A DNA stretch of 63,893 nt, the filler included, from Octopus bimaculoides (lineage: Eukaryota): the NCBI RefSeq assembly GCF_001194135.2. It is 6 parts of 6 records of this genome, joined end to end, with 100 filler letters (N's around TTAATTAATTAA, not from the genome) between each part and the next. Parts side by side here need not be neighbours in the genome. Positions count along the whole stretch, not along the records: positions 27,194 to 29,912 come from NC_069005.1; positions 30,013 to 50,753 come from NC_068986.1; 4 more parts are not named here. One strand, given 5' to 3'. The notes beneath the pieces are model-generated. The model saw nothing but the letters and a program-made list of their open reading frames with translations, had not been told where the DNA came from and did not search any database. Position numbers and translations under genes: made by a program. Every line of letters begins with the position of its first letter. The first letter of the stretch is position 1. Shown here in pieces: positions 27,352-39,807 of this stretch.

Positions 27352-28058
27352 TATGTATGTATGTTAAGGTTATCTCAGCAGATTTTCTATGGAAATTATA
27401 CCCAGCTCCAACTTCATTACGACGTTTCGTAAACGAGATACGAAACATCGTAGCAAAAATCAACGCTGGCAGTAATTTCTATAGAAAAAAAAATCTATAG
27501 AGAATACCTTAACACGTGATTTCATAGCACTGCTAACACAGTAGAACACGGTATTGACTTGTAAAAACGTTTAGTATACTTTGTAGCATATTATGGTTGC
27601 ATAACCAAATTCCATGAGCTACTAAGTCATTAATATTTACGTACCAGCTTCCAGGAGTGTGTTTAGTATGTAAAATTGGTATATCCAATAATATTACACT
27701 GCTGTATTTTGTGGCTATTCAAGGATGACTAAAGGGTTAGATGGGTGCTGATGAAGGAGCGAAAACTCCCAAAATATGGCCTAAAGGCTCATTACCCATT
27801 TTTTAATCTTCAGTCTCATTGTTTGAGATACGTATCTGAGATAAGAAATATTGTAACAAAAATCAGTGCTGGCTAGAATTTCTCACGAAAATCTTGAAAG
27901 ATAACCTTAACAAGAGATGTAATAGCACTACTAATACAGTAGTGTTGACTTTTAAAAGCGTTTAATATACTCTGTTGTGTATTGTGGTTGCATAACGAAA
28001 TACAGTGTTCCTACAAGTCATTAATGCATAATTTTTGTTTTATTTTCTCTCTCAACAG

Positions 28059-28925
28059 AATCTGTTGAGCCTTCTGCGAAAATTGAACTGGCTTCACGTA
28101 GTTGTGATTTATACGGATGATTCTTATGGAATGGACAGTTACAAGGAATTTTTGAAAATAGCACACAATACGGAAATCTGTATCAGCCAAGCAATTCAGA
28201 TCCTATCTACAGACACAGCCAACAATATTTTCCTAAAACTCAGTAACATTGTGACTAGTGAAGCGTTTGGCGGATTGATGTTCTCACCATCTGCCACCAC
28301 CAACAAAATCATGGGAGCCTTAGCTCGACGAGGGGACGCTGGAAACCTCCAGTGGATCGTTAACGACCTCCACATCGAAAAGGCAAGCACAAACCCGTAT
28401 CATAAAGGTTCTTTGTTAATGGCACCGAAGTCTACGCAGATAGACGAATTCCGCGAACATTGGGTCAAACTTGACCCCAGAAATCCTCCGTCGAATAATC
28501 CTTGGTACTCAGAATGGTACATGACAACGCACTTGTGTAAAATCAGCAACTCCGTCAGCAGCAAATTCTCAAGCTATCCCGACTGTGTCGTCCAGAGTTA
28601 TTCGAAGCGAAAATCCGATTTCGAGCAGTATTTTTATGTGGAGCCAACCGTGATAGCGCTATTCACGTTTGCAAAAGCTCTCAAAAGTGCCCAGGCGAAC
28701 CTTTGTTTCTCGAGCAGTGGTCTTTGTGATAACCTGCTGAAGTTGTCTGCCGAACAGTTTCACCAGCAATACCTAAAGGCGACTGATTTCAGTTTTAACA
28801 GTTTGGATGGAATATCGAGTTTCGTTGGCAAAAGAATCAGTTTCGATTCTCACGGAAATATTGAAAACCCCGAATTCCTTTTATGGAATTATCGAGATGA
28901 AAATGGAATTAAAAAATTTGTCGAG
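28059..28925 (+). CDS. Internal coding exon of a divergent class C GPCR (metabotropic glutamate receptor-like); C-terminal two-thirds of the Venus flytrap (ANF_receptor) domain
   Basis: Acceptor ttttctctctcaacAG ends at 28058 and donor GAG|GTAAGT starts at 28926. The exon is 867 nt (289 codons) with no stops. Motifs are colinear with mGluRs: LNWLHVVVIYTDDSYG (W..V..+..+..YG), EICIS, QWIVND, NNPWYSEWY...C, A.F.FAKAL...C....GLC and ISFDSHGN. Confidence 0.9.
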
Positions 28926-28970
28926 GTAAGTTTCTTCTGTTCTTTTCCATAAATAAAACTAATTGAGACT

Positions 28971-29300
28971 GTGAAGGCGCGTGGCTTAGTGGTTAGGCGC
29001 ATTCGGCTCGCGATTGTAAGGTCGTGAGTTCAATTCCCGGCGACGCGTTGTGTCCTTGAGCAAGACACTTTATTTCACGTTGCTCCAGTCCACTCAGCTG
29101 GCAAAAATGAGTAGTGACTGTGTTTCAAAGGGCCGGCCTTGTCACACTCTGTGTCACGCTGAATCTCCCTGAGAACTATGTTAAGGGGTACGCATGTCTG
29201 TGGAGTGCTCAGCCACTTGTACGTTAATTTCATGAGCAAGCTGTTCCGTTGATCGTATCAGCTGGGACCCTCGTCGTCGTAACTGACGGAGTGCTCCTTT
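28971..29300 (+). mobile_element. tRNA-derived SINE family C with 11-bp TSD
   Basis: A-box TGGCTTAGTGG, B-box GTTCAATTCC, CORE-like ccttgagcaagacactt; TSD TAATTGAGACT (28960-28970) / TAATTGCGACT (29301-29311). Confidence 0.9.
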
Positions 29301-30012
29301 TAATTGCGACTATAAATGAATTATCTCGCACGTAGAATAAAACAATACATTTGAGTCTATAAGCTATCTTTTCTCTCATGCACTATCTTCTATCTGATAA
29401 ACTATCATCCATTTTGCTGTGTCTAAGGAGGGTCATTACGCCAATATTATTAACACACGCACTGTTTCAATTCCACTCCTTTATCATAAGCCAATAGGTT
29501 ATATGTCCAACTAACTAATCGCGACCTTATGACGGACTAAGTTAATAGTCATTGAAAAGTAGCCAGAAAAGAGCTTTGACAAACAAAAACAAAACATATT
29601 AAACGTTTGATTAGTTATTTGAATATTTAATCGATTGAATAATAAATAAGGGAGTGGAACTGAGCCAGTGTGTGGGTTAATAATATTGGAATAATGACTC
29701 TCCCTTGACACAGCAGAATATGTTTCAACACACGAATTCACATAAGGAATCTTGCAAGCCAGATGCAAAAACGAAATATCATCCATTTGATATCTATATA
29801 ATTATTTAGAGCTCATCTTGTAGATTCTAAACAATGTTATTGCTTAATTTTAAGTCCTGTCTTATATATATATATATTTGATTAATAAATTCAAAAAAGG
29901 ATAAAATAAATANNNNNNNNNNNNNNNNNNNNNNNNNNNNNNNNNNNNNNNNNNNNTTAATTAATTAANNNNNNNNNNNNNNNNNNNNNNNNNNNNNNNN
30001 NNNNNNNNNNNN

Positions 30013-30083
<71 letters not shown>

Positions 30084-30548
30084 TGTTTGTGTATTTGTAT
30101 GTTTGACAGCATATGTGAACAGTACTAAACGCTATTCACACAATATACCGAACATTATCCACGCTATTACCAGTTCCACCTAAATAATAACTACATACCG
30201 ATTTTTCAGCACCACCATAGAACAACGCTAACTGATGGCGTCTGTTACAACAGCAGTTAATGTTTCGATTATACATTAACAATTGCAGGAGCCAAATTCT
30301 TGCATCCGAAATCACTGCATTTGGTTGCTAAGTTAGAAAAGTTCCTTCTTTGAAACACCATCTAGCAGCTAAACACATGACTTAAACACCCGTTTTGAGA
30401 AATATAGTTTTTTGTTATTTATTTATTATTTATTTCATACTATTTTTCTCTATCGTTTTTTTAAATATATATTTGGTCTGTCGATATGTATTTTTGTTCT
30501 TTTCTTTTCACTCTGCTGTCTATTAATACACATTCCGCCTTATTTCGG

Positions 30549-30596
<48 letters not shown>

Positions 30597-30597
30597 C

Positions 30598-30637
<40 letters not shown>

Positions 30638-30933
30638 TAATATATGTGTGTCTGTATCTCTCTCTCTCCCTCCCTCTCTCTGTATATGCGTGTGTGTGTG
30701 TGTACAAATATGTATGTAACTATGTCAAACGGAGTGAGTTTTGCTGTATCACATGTTTGTACAATATTTAATGTGATTTCAGACACTTATGCAATTCTTA
30801 CAATATGATACATACACATATAACTATAAATGTATTTATACATATATACATGCAAACTCAAACATCCACACACAGATATGTATATGTGCGTATATATACA
30901 CGCTCACATATATACATGCATATATAGATGCAG

Positions 30934-30972
<39 letters not shown>

Positions 30973-30984
30973 CACGTATATTAT

Positions 30985-31165
30985 TATTTTGTTCGTTACA
31001 GTCATTTGACTGCGGTCATGCTGGGGCACTGCCTTTAGTCGAACAAATCGGCCCCCCCCCACCTCTTATTCTTTGTAACACTGGTACTTATTCTATCGGT
31101 TTCTTTTGCCGAACAGCTAAGTTACGGGGGCGTAAACACACCACCATCTGTTGTCAAACGATGAC
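30985..31165 (-). mobile_element. SINE B tail
   Basis: cagtcatttgactgcggtcatgctgg...taagttacggggg. Confidence 0.8.
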
Positions 31166-31187
31166 AAACACAGACACACAAACATAT

Positions 31188-31233
<46 letters not shown>

Positions 31234-31684
31234 TTCTGTGAGAGTTAGAGGTTAGAAAGCCAACCAACTAAGGGATAGTACCTGTCCAATATACTGCTGG
31301 TAGTGTGCCCAGTTATTCATACCCAAGTACTGGTTGTTGCGTGGCAATTTCGCAATCGAGTGTCATATATGGACTTGGGTAAAAAGTGGTTTACCCTTAA
31401 TTTATACGGCAAAAAGAAAATGGAAGGGATACAAATAGGACATACATCAGTCGGTTGAATTCTATTATGCCTATTTATTCCAAAACAAAAGAGAGTATTA
31501 TAAGAATAGATACACATGCAAAGGCTGTGTGCTACGCAAATATATACTAGGAATAGTAATAATACTAATAATAGTAATACATAAAAGAGTAAGAGATTAA
31601 AAGATCAGTTCCTTACGAGTTCATTATGAAGTTCGTGTTTGTTATTTTTTCGATCAACAAGTTGATAGCAAAGATAACAAACAC

Positions 31685-32200
31685 GAAAGGATGAAAGGCA
31701 AAGTCCACCTCGGCGGAATTCGAACTCAGAACGTAAAAACAGACAAAATATCTATTTCTGTATTGCCCACAAGAGGCTAAACATAGAGGGGACAAACAAG
31801 GACACACAAACGGATTAAGTCGATTACATCGACCCCAGTGCGTAACTGGTACTTAATTTATCGATCCCGAAAGGATGAAAGGCAAAGTCGACCTCGGTGG
31901 ACTTTGAACTCAGAACGTAACGGCAGACGAAATACCGCTGAGCATTTCGCCCGGAATGCTAACGTTTCGTATTTCATTACTGCCCACAGGGGGCTACACA
32001 CAGAGGGGACAAGCAAGGACAGACAAAGGGATTAAGTCGATTATATCGACCTCAGTGCGTAGCTGGTATTTATTTAATAGACCCCGACAGGATGAAAGGC
32101 AAAGTCGACCCCGGCGGAATTTGAACTGAGAACGTAGCGGCAGACGAAATACCGCTAAGCACTTCGCCCGGCGTGCTAACGTTTCTGCCAGCTCGCAGCC
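31685..32200 (-). mobile_element. Head-to-tail tandem of three SINE A copies
   Basis: Three occurrences of gatgaaaggcaaagtc.acc.cgg.gga.tt.gaact.agaacgt. Confidence 0.9.
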
Positions 32201-32659
32201 TCATCAACAAGAAAATATTATCTGACAACGGATTAGTTTAACGAACATGCAAAACGTCAACCACTCTTCTGATACAGGTTGTCTATAGCCATGCAATGAC
32301 AACTGTTTTGCAATCTGCGTATATTTACATAGAAACTATTTTTCTTTGAAGACGAAAAATGAAATATCTGTTGTGACGTAATCATGAAATTTATTCTGTC
32401 AAAATTTCTCAGATGGATAACAAGATTTAATAAAAGCAACATAAAAAAATTGCAACATTCACGGTGGTGCCCCAGCATGACCACACCCACTTGGCTGAAG
32501 CCCATAAATAAATAAATAAATGTCGCACACACAAAAACACAAAAACACATGCAAACCTCCACACACACAAACACACATGCAAACCCCCCCACACAAACAC
32601 ACACACAAACACAAACACGCACACACTCACACACAGTGTTCGAAAGGTAAATAACTTTA

Positions 32660-32880
32660 GTGGGTAAGGTGTGGCACTCACGATCGTAAGGTGGTGGTTT
32701 CGATTCCGAGACCGGGCCAGCTATGTGTTCTTGAGCAAAAGCACTGGACTTTCAGTTGTGCCTGTCCTCTCAGCTGCAAAGAAGTAACCTCGCTACGGAT
32801 TGGCGTCCCGTTCAGGGTGGGTGTTATGAAGTCTGTCACTTATACGCCATGCAAAACACGTAGCCACTTTATTGAGCCCT
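32660..32880 (+). mobile_element. SINE family C-type head with alternative (V-domain-like) 3' part
   Basis: ttagtgggtaagg...ttcgattcc...ttcttgagcaaaagcac...ggattggcgtcccgttcaggg. Confidence 0.6.
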
Positions 32881-32915
32881 AAATCTCGAGATAGTTATGT
32901 CTAGAGAATGAAATT

Positions 32916-33077
32916 GCAGGAGTGGCTGTGTGGTAAGTAGCTTGCTTGCGGACCGCATGCTTCCGGGTCCAGTCCCACTGCGTGGCACCTTGGGCAAGTC
33001 TCTTCTACTTATAGCCTCGGGTCGACCAATGGATCTGGTAGACGGAAACTGAAAGAAGTCCGTCGTACATATGTATG

Positions 33078-33112
<35 letters not shown>

Positions 33113-33316
33113 ATGTTTGTGTGTGATTGTCCCCCCAACATCGCTTGACAACCGATGCTGGTGTGTTTACGCCCCCGTCACTTAGTGGTTCTGCAAGAGA
33201 GACCGATAGAATAAGTACTAGGCTTACAAAGAATAAGTGCTAGGGTCGATTTACTTGACTAATGGTAGTGCTCTAGCATGGCTGCAGTGAAATGATTGAA
33301 ACTAATAAAAGAAAAA
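32916..33316 (+). mobile_element. SINE family B, full length
   Basis: Head, internal (TA)/(TATG) tract and tail all present. Confidence 0.9.
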
Positions 33317-33328
33317 GTATATTGTTTC

Positions 33329-33590
33329 GGTGAAGGGGCGTGACCAAGTGGTTGGGCTTTACACTCACGATCGCTAGGTAGTGGGATCGTTCCCCAGAAT
33401 ACGTAGCGCATCGTGTTCTTGAGCAAATCACTTCATTTGTGGTTTCTCCAGTCCACTCAGCTGTAAAAGTGCAACCCTGCAACAGAATAAGCCTTCTGAC
33501 CAGAGGGAAACATCCTGGTTACCTTGCCAGCAGGATGGCATCATTCGAAAGCTAAAACGATGCGAAGCGCATTGTGGTTAGCGATGTATA
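33329..33590 (+). mobile_element. SINE family C-type head with alternative 3' part
   Basis: gtgaaggggcgtgaccaagtggtt...ttcttgagcaaatcactt...ccagtccactcagctg...aaccctgcaacaga. Confidence 0.6.
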
Positions 33591-34551
33591 ACAATGTCCG
33601 ATTGTCTGATCGAGTACGTGGCCAAGTGATACTACTTTTGACGTTCTATACAAAACCTCTGAACCGTATATTTCAAAAGACTATGGTAGGTAAATTTGTT
33701 GTTTCAATTGGCTTTCTAACAAATGCGAACAAAATTTATTGCTTAGAATAAAAACATCTTGGTTATAAAAAAAAAATCTTTTGGCCTGTTACTTGCACAA
33801 TAATTATGTAAGTTTTACACAGACTGTTTCAACAAATATTCTAAGACCATAGGAAGTTCAATAACTTATTCGTAGGCAGATGGAAAGAAGAAATTATGGA
33901 GATATGCCAAAGAACTTTTAATTAATAAAATTTTAGTGTCTGAAGTGAGAAAAAGACCGTAAAACCTGTGGCAGAATGACTTCATAAAATGGTGGCAATT
34001 GACTATAATTGCCAGTACTCGCTGCTGTAGGCAATGCATTTGGCAAAGAACATTCTACTTTAGTTGCTGTCATTGAAAAGCTCACAAGGACCGGATCAGC
34101 GGTTCTGACCTTACTAACTGAATGCATTAATATTATTTCTGATGCCGTTAATCTACCGGAAGGATTATCCCAAGTGCGCTTCCGTTATGTATTGTTTGTT
34201 TTCACACTTAACCGACTATCACTTCTGCTACAAAAGTCAAGTGGTTACATACGAGAGTCTACAACAACAACAACAAACAACAACAGCAATAATATACAAC
34301 CCAGAAGTTTTGTTGGGGATTTTCTGATCAACTTTGGAGATATATGTAGTGTTGGCCGGATTTAATAACATTTTCGATTGTACTGCATTGGAATTATGCC
34401 AAATAAAATCTCTTATCCATATATTAAGTGTCTCTCAATCTCTATCATTCAAGCTCCTTGACTTACGTACAATCTCTGTCTCTCCCTCCTAAATCTCCTC
34501 CTCCTCTTTCTTTGTCTCTCTTTCTCTCTGTGTATGCATAAATATGTATGA

Positions 34552-34585
<34 letters not shown>

Positions 34586-36988
34586 NNNNNNNNNNNNNNN
34601 NNNNNNNNNNNNNNNNNNNNNNNNNNNNNNNNNNNNNNNNNNNNNNNNNNNNNNNNNNNNNNNNNNNNNNNNNNNNNNNNNNNNNNNNNNNNNNNNNNNN
34701 NNNNNNNNNNNNNNNNNNNNNNNNNNNNNNNNNNNNNNNNNNNNNNNNNNNNNNNNNNNNNNNNNNNNNNNNNNNNNNNNNNNNNNNNNNNNNNNNNNNN
34801 NNNNNNNNNNNNNNNNNNNNNNNNNNNNNNNNNNNNNNNNNNNNNNNNNNNNNNNNNNNNNNNNNNNNNNNNNNNNNNNNNNNNNNNNNNNNNNNNNNNN
34901 NNNNNNNNNNNNNNNNNNNNNNNNNNNNNNNNNNNNNNNNNNNNNNNNNNNNNNNNNNNNNNNNNNNNNNNNNNNNNNNNNNNNNNNNNNNNNNNNNNNN
35001 NNNNNNNNNNNNNNNNNNNNNNNNNNNNNNNNNNNNNNNNNNNNNNNNNNNNNNNNNNNNNNNNNNNNNNNNNNNNNNNNNNNNNNNNNNNNNNNNNNNN
35101 NNNNNNNNNNNNNNNNNNNNNNNNNNNNNNNNNNNNATATATATACACCTCTTATGTCCATCTCCTGTGTTTCTGCTTTCACTTCACACACGCCAGCTCA
35201 GTTTGATTCGTTCTCTGTCGAAAGACACCTGTTGTTATTTCTTGTTTGTATTTGTAATTGTGTACCATGTTCTCCGTTTTTTGTGTTTGTTGCCGTACAC
35301 AGGCGCTAGCTTTCTTACAAAAAGGTCTCGTGCTCTTAGCTTAGACTTTTTGGGGGGACAACCAAATCGAAATGTCTCAAGTGTAACTGCTCGTAACAGT
35401 AACGACTTCTGGTATACTTGACTGAGGAAAGAAGGCCCCGAATGACCCGTCTTTTTTTTGCCTGTCCTAATTGTTGTTTCTCCTGTCCGCCTTTGTATCG
35501 TCAATCTATTTGGCGCGGTGGTGACACCTCGGAATTTTCTCATCAAGTTTCTTTACCAGGTTCCCATTACTCAGCTGTATACTCAATGCTTCCTCAAAGC
35601 AAAGGTTACATTTGCCGGATAGCAAATTACATGGGTGTGCATTTTTATCCTTGACCATTCTATTTTGTATTTAATTTTTGATTATTTAAGGCCCCATATT
35701 AGGTCTGCCAGTGCAGTTTCGTGTCGTCTGTTTATCTTTCAGAATGACGCGATAACGGACTTTGAATTGATTTTCCGAGGCACGTATGTATGCATATTTG
35801 TGCTGGGGTGTGGTGATTGTGCATTTGTATATTATGTCTTTCTTTTTTACACATTGGTTCACGAGAGAACAAGCGGATTTTCTTTGGCAGGTGCAGCTAC
35901 TTATACTATTATTATATTTGCGTTTATCTGTTGAATTTTTGTTTCTGTTTTCGTGACGCTTCATTTGACTGTTAGTGTCTGATGCGTTCTGGATGCGGCA
36001 ATCAACCTTAAATTATATATATGTATATATATGTATATATATATACATATATATATATATATANNNNNNNNNNAGCGGATTTTCTTTGGCAGGTGCAGCT
36101 ACTTATACTATTATTATATTTGCGTTTATCTGTTGAATTTTTGTTTCTGTTTTCGTGACGCTTCATTTGACTGTTAGTGTCTGATGCGTTCTGGATGCGG
36201 CAATCAACCTTAAATTATATATATGTATATAGGTAGATAGATAGAGAGAAAAAGAGATAACGCATTTGATTACGGATCAAATGATTTCAGGTGGTATTCT
36301 GTGAAGCTCGGAATTTTTATGGCCACAAGCATGGTTATGTCGTCAAGAAACTCGCTTTGCAGTCACGCAGCTTTGGGTTCAATCCCCTTGGGCAATTTTT
36401 TTTTTCTACTTTAGTCCCGAGTTGTAGAATATCATGTAGACATAATTCTTTTCAAAATGTTTTTATATTTGCCAAACTGCCGTCCTCATTATCGGGAAGT
36501 GTATACCACATAACTCGATGCACTTCGCTTTAATTCCCATGCTACCTACCAGCTACCAACGTTCGACTACGCCTGCTGTCAATCATCTTGTGCGTACCAC
36601 TATGCACCGCCAACCACTGCCTGATTGTGTTGACGTGCGTTAACCGACAGCTGTGGTTTATTAGTTGCTATATTTTCAATTTATAATAAAGAATCTATAA
36701 AAAAAAAATGAAATCTTTAATATAACAATCTTTTCGTACGTATCTAATGGACTGTAGTTTTAAATACGGCAACAACTTCTCAATTAGTATTGTTAAAGAC
36801 GCAGGGGAATTTTCAAGTTTTTTTTTTCTTTTTACAAAGAAGCGGTGCATCTTACACGCTACCAAATATGATATGATTTGGCATGGGATACGCTTCAGGC
36901 TAATACGAACGTTTCAGGTTTGCGTAATATATAATAGGAAGTGCATCAATAGTGCAAATTTTCCTCAGTTAAAGCATTTATATATATA

Positions 36989-37228
36989 CAGTGATCCCTC
37001 GACTATTGCCAGTGTAACGTTCCAAAATCCCCGCGATAGGTCAAAATCCGCGTAGAAACAATACTGTATATATTGTTTTCTTATTTCTATAATTTTTATA
37101 TATTTATTTTATTATAAATGCAAAACAACACCACGGAGGAATCGACGTAAGCTTAAATAATAAACCGCGATAGGGGAACCGCGATAAGAGAACCGCAATA
37201 GGGGGACCGTGATATGGCGAGAAATTAC

Positions 37229-37230
<2 letters not shown>
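36989..37230. mobile_element. Tigger/pogo-like MITE
   Basis: TIRs CAGTGATCCCTCG... and ...CGAGAAATTACTG, TA TSD on both sides, 242 bp, four 14-bp subterminal repeats (aaccgcgatagggg). Confidence 0.8.
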
Positions 37231-37277
<47 letters not shown>

Positions 37278-37794
37278 GTGTGCGTATGTGTGTATTATAT
37301 ATAACATATATAAGGAAAATCCTGGAGGGTCATATGTTTCTGGGAAGCACATTGAGCTTCTGTTGTCCAAAATCTCGGGTAAAAATATACCGTAACAAGA
37401 AACTCAAACGAGGGCAGCAAAATCAGACTCACGTCACTGAACAAAAGCCAGTCACATTAGAAGAGTCATTGGTGAGGATGCTGGCGGTGCCCCCAGTATC
37501 ATTAACTTTGGGCTGGACGACAGAAAACGAAAACAGAATACTTACATACATACATACATATATAATACATACATACATATATATATGTATATATATATAT
37601 ATATATANNNNNNNNNNNNNNNNNNNNNNNNNNNNNNNNNNNNNNNNNNNNNNNNNNNNNNNNNNNNNNNNNNNNNNNNNNNNNNNNNNNNNNNNNNNNN
37701 NNNNNNNNNNNNNNNNNNNNNNNNNNNNNNNNNNNNNNNNNNNNNNNTATATATATTTACACACACTCAGACACACGTACATACATTTCTTTTA

Positions 37795-38213
37795 TTTATT
37801 CTTTTACTTGCTTCAGTCATTTGACTGCGACCATGCTGGAGCACTACCTTTACTCGAACAATTCGACCCCAGGATTTATTCTTTCTAAGCCTAGTACTCA
37901 TTCTATCGGTATTTTTGTCCAACCGAAACGTTACGGGGAGGTACACACGCCAACATCGGTTGTCAAGCAATGATGGGGTGACAAACACAGACACGCAAAT
38001 ACACACACACACAGACACACACACACGCACACACACACACACACATACACACACACACACACACACATGTAAATACATATATACGACAGGCTTCTTTAAG
38101 TTTCCGTCTACCAAATCTACTCACAAAGCTTTGGTCGGCGCGAGACTATTGTAGAAGATATTTGCCCAAGGTACCACGCAGTGGGACTGAACCCAGGACC
38201 ATATGGTTGACAT
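37795..38213 (-). mobile_element. SINE family B, near full length
   Basis: Tail, (CA)n tract and head in reverse orientation. Confidence 0.85.
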
Positions 38214-38764
38214 ACATGCATACATACATACATAGACTCAGCATAGTTTTATAAATTCTTTGAAAGAGATGCTGACAATCTGCTGTTTGTTACAGAATAT
38301 TGATTCACTGGAAATTGTTGCATCTCAGCAATTCATAAGATGCTTGAACTGAGTTTCATAGAAATGCGCAAACAACAAAAAAGCGTAAAAGATAAAAGAA
38401 TATTTTTGCTGTTAAATATTTAAAATTTTCTTTGAAAATAATTTTTTCTTTTCAAATATCGGAGTAATTTATATAATTGCTGAAAAAGAAATTTTTTTTC
38501 TAATCAGTAAGTTTTCCCAGTGTCTCTGATAGTTGCTCGTTGTCTGCAATGTTCTTGGAGTTCCAAAGATAATGAAAATATGGAAAAAAAAAGAAAAGAA
38601 AAATAAAATGAAATAATTGCTTATTATATATGCATGTGCATATGTACGTATGCATGTATGTATGTATGTATGTATGTATGTATGTATGTATGTATGTATG
38701 CATGCATGCATGTATGTATGTATGTATGTATGTATGTATGTATGTATGTGTGTGTGTTTCTCGT

Positions 38765-38940
38765 ATATTTTAATTATTTAAAGTATACCTGTAGGGAATG
38801 AGTTGGTTTCTGACAAAGATTCAAAGCTGAATCGTTGACACCCAGATAAAAAAAAAACAATGTTACCTGCTGAACATGAAAAAGTCTTGCATATTTTTAC
38901 TGTTTCGCTTACTAACTGTATTTGTGCTGTATATCTACAT
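38765..38940 (-). mobile_element. R4/Dong-like RLE LINE, extreme 3' fragment
   Basis: Minus-strand translation QIQLVSETVKICKTF matches the ORF ends of the other copies; (TACA)n tracts lie on both sides. Confidence 0.65.
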
Positions 38941-38998
38941 GTTTGTATGTATGTATGTATGTATATATGTATGTATGTATGTATGTAGGTAGGTATGT

Positions 38999-39037
<39 letters not shown>

Positions 39038-39336
39038 NNNNNNNNNNNNNNNNNNNNNNNNNNNNNNNNNNNNNNNNNNNNNNNNNNNNNNNNNNNNNNN
39101 NNNNNNNNNNNNNNNNNNNNNNNNNNNNNNNNNNNNNNNNNNNNNNNNNNNNNNNNNNNNNNNNNNNNNNNNNNNNNNNNNNNNNNNNNNNNNNNNNNNN
39201 NNNNNNNNNNNNNNNNNNNNNNNNNNNNNNNNNNNNNNNNNNNNNNNNNNNNNNNNNNNNNNNNNNNNNNNNNNNNNNNNNNNNNNNNNNNNNNNNNNNN
39301 NNNNNNNCAGAAAGGAACACAAGCAAAAGTAAAGGG

Positions 39337-39390
<54 letters not shown>

Positions 39391-39503
39391 GAGAGAAAGA
39401 GAGAAAGAGAGAGAGAGCGAGAGAGGCAAAGTAACAACGTACGGATTAAGAGAAAATAGAAAGTTCAAGAAAGTTCAAAAAGGTTCAAACGTGATATATA
39501 TAA

Positions 39504-39557
<54 letters not shown>

Positions 39558-39599
39558 GCGTGTGTGTGTATGTGTGTGTATACAAACACACACACATTT

Positions 39600-39807
39600 T
39601 TTATTCTTTTATTTGTTTCAGTCATTTGACTGCGGCCATGCTGGAGCACCGCCTTTAGTCGAACAAATTTATCTGAAGACTTATTCTTTATAAGCCTAGT
39701 ACTTATTCTATCGGTCCTTTTACAGAGCTGCTCAGTTACGGGGACGTAAATACACCAGCATCGGCTGTCAAGCAATGGTTGGGGGACAAACACTGACACG
39801 CAAACAT
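39600..39807 (-). mobile_element. SINE B tail (head presumably in or beyond the gap)
   Basis: ttcagtcatttgactgcggccatgctggagcaccgcctttagtcgaac. Confidence 0.85.

Noticed and set aside
25026-29050. tRNA genes at 25028, 25870 (minus) and 28975
   Set aside because: A and B boxes are present, but acceptor and T stems do not close and the sequences continue into SINE bodies with TSDs.
34009-34365. 118-aa ORF in unique sequence
   Set aside because: Non-ATG start, no recognisable domain or splice sites.
35140-35990. Possible LTR/PBS region
   Set aside because: No matching termini, TSD or convincing primer-binding site; the left edge is a gap.
35872-36229. About 156-bp exact tandem duplication
   Set aside because: The copies flank a 10-N gap, typical of unmerged contig overlap.
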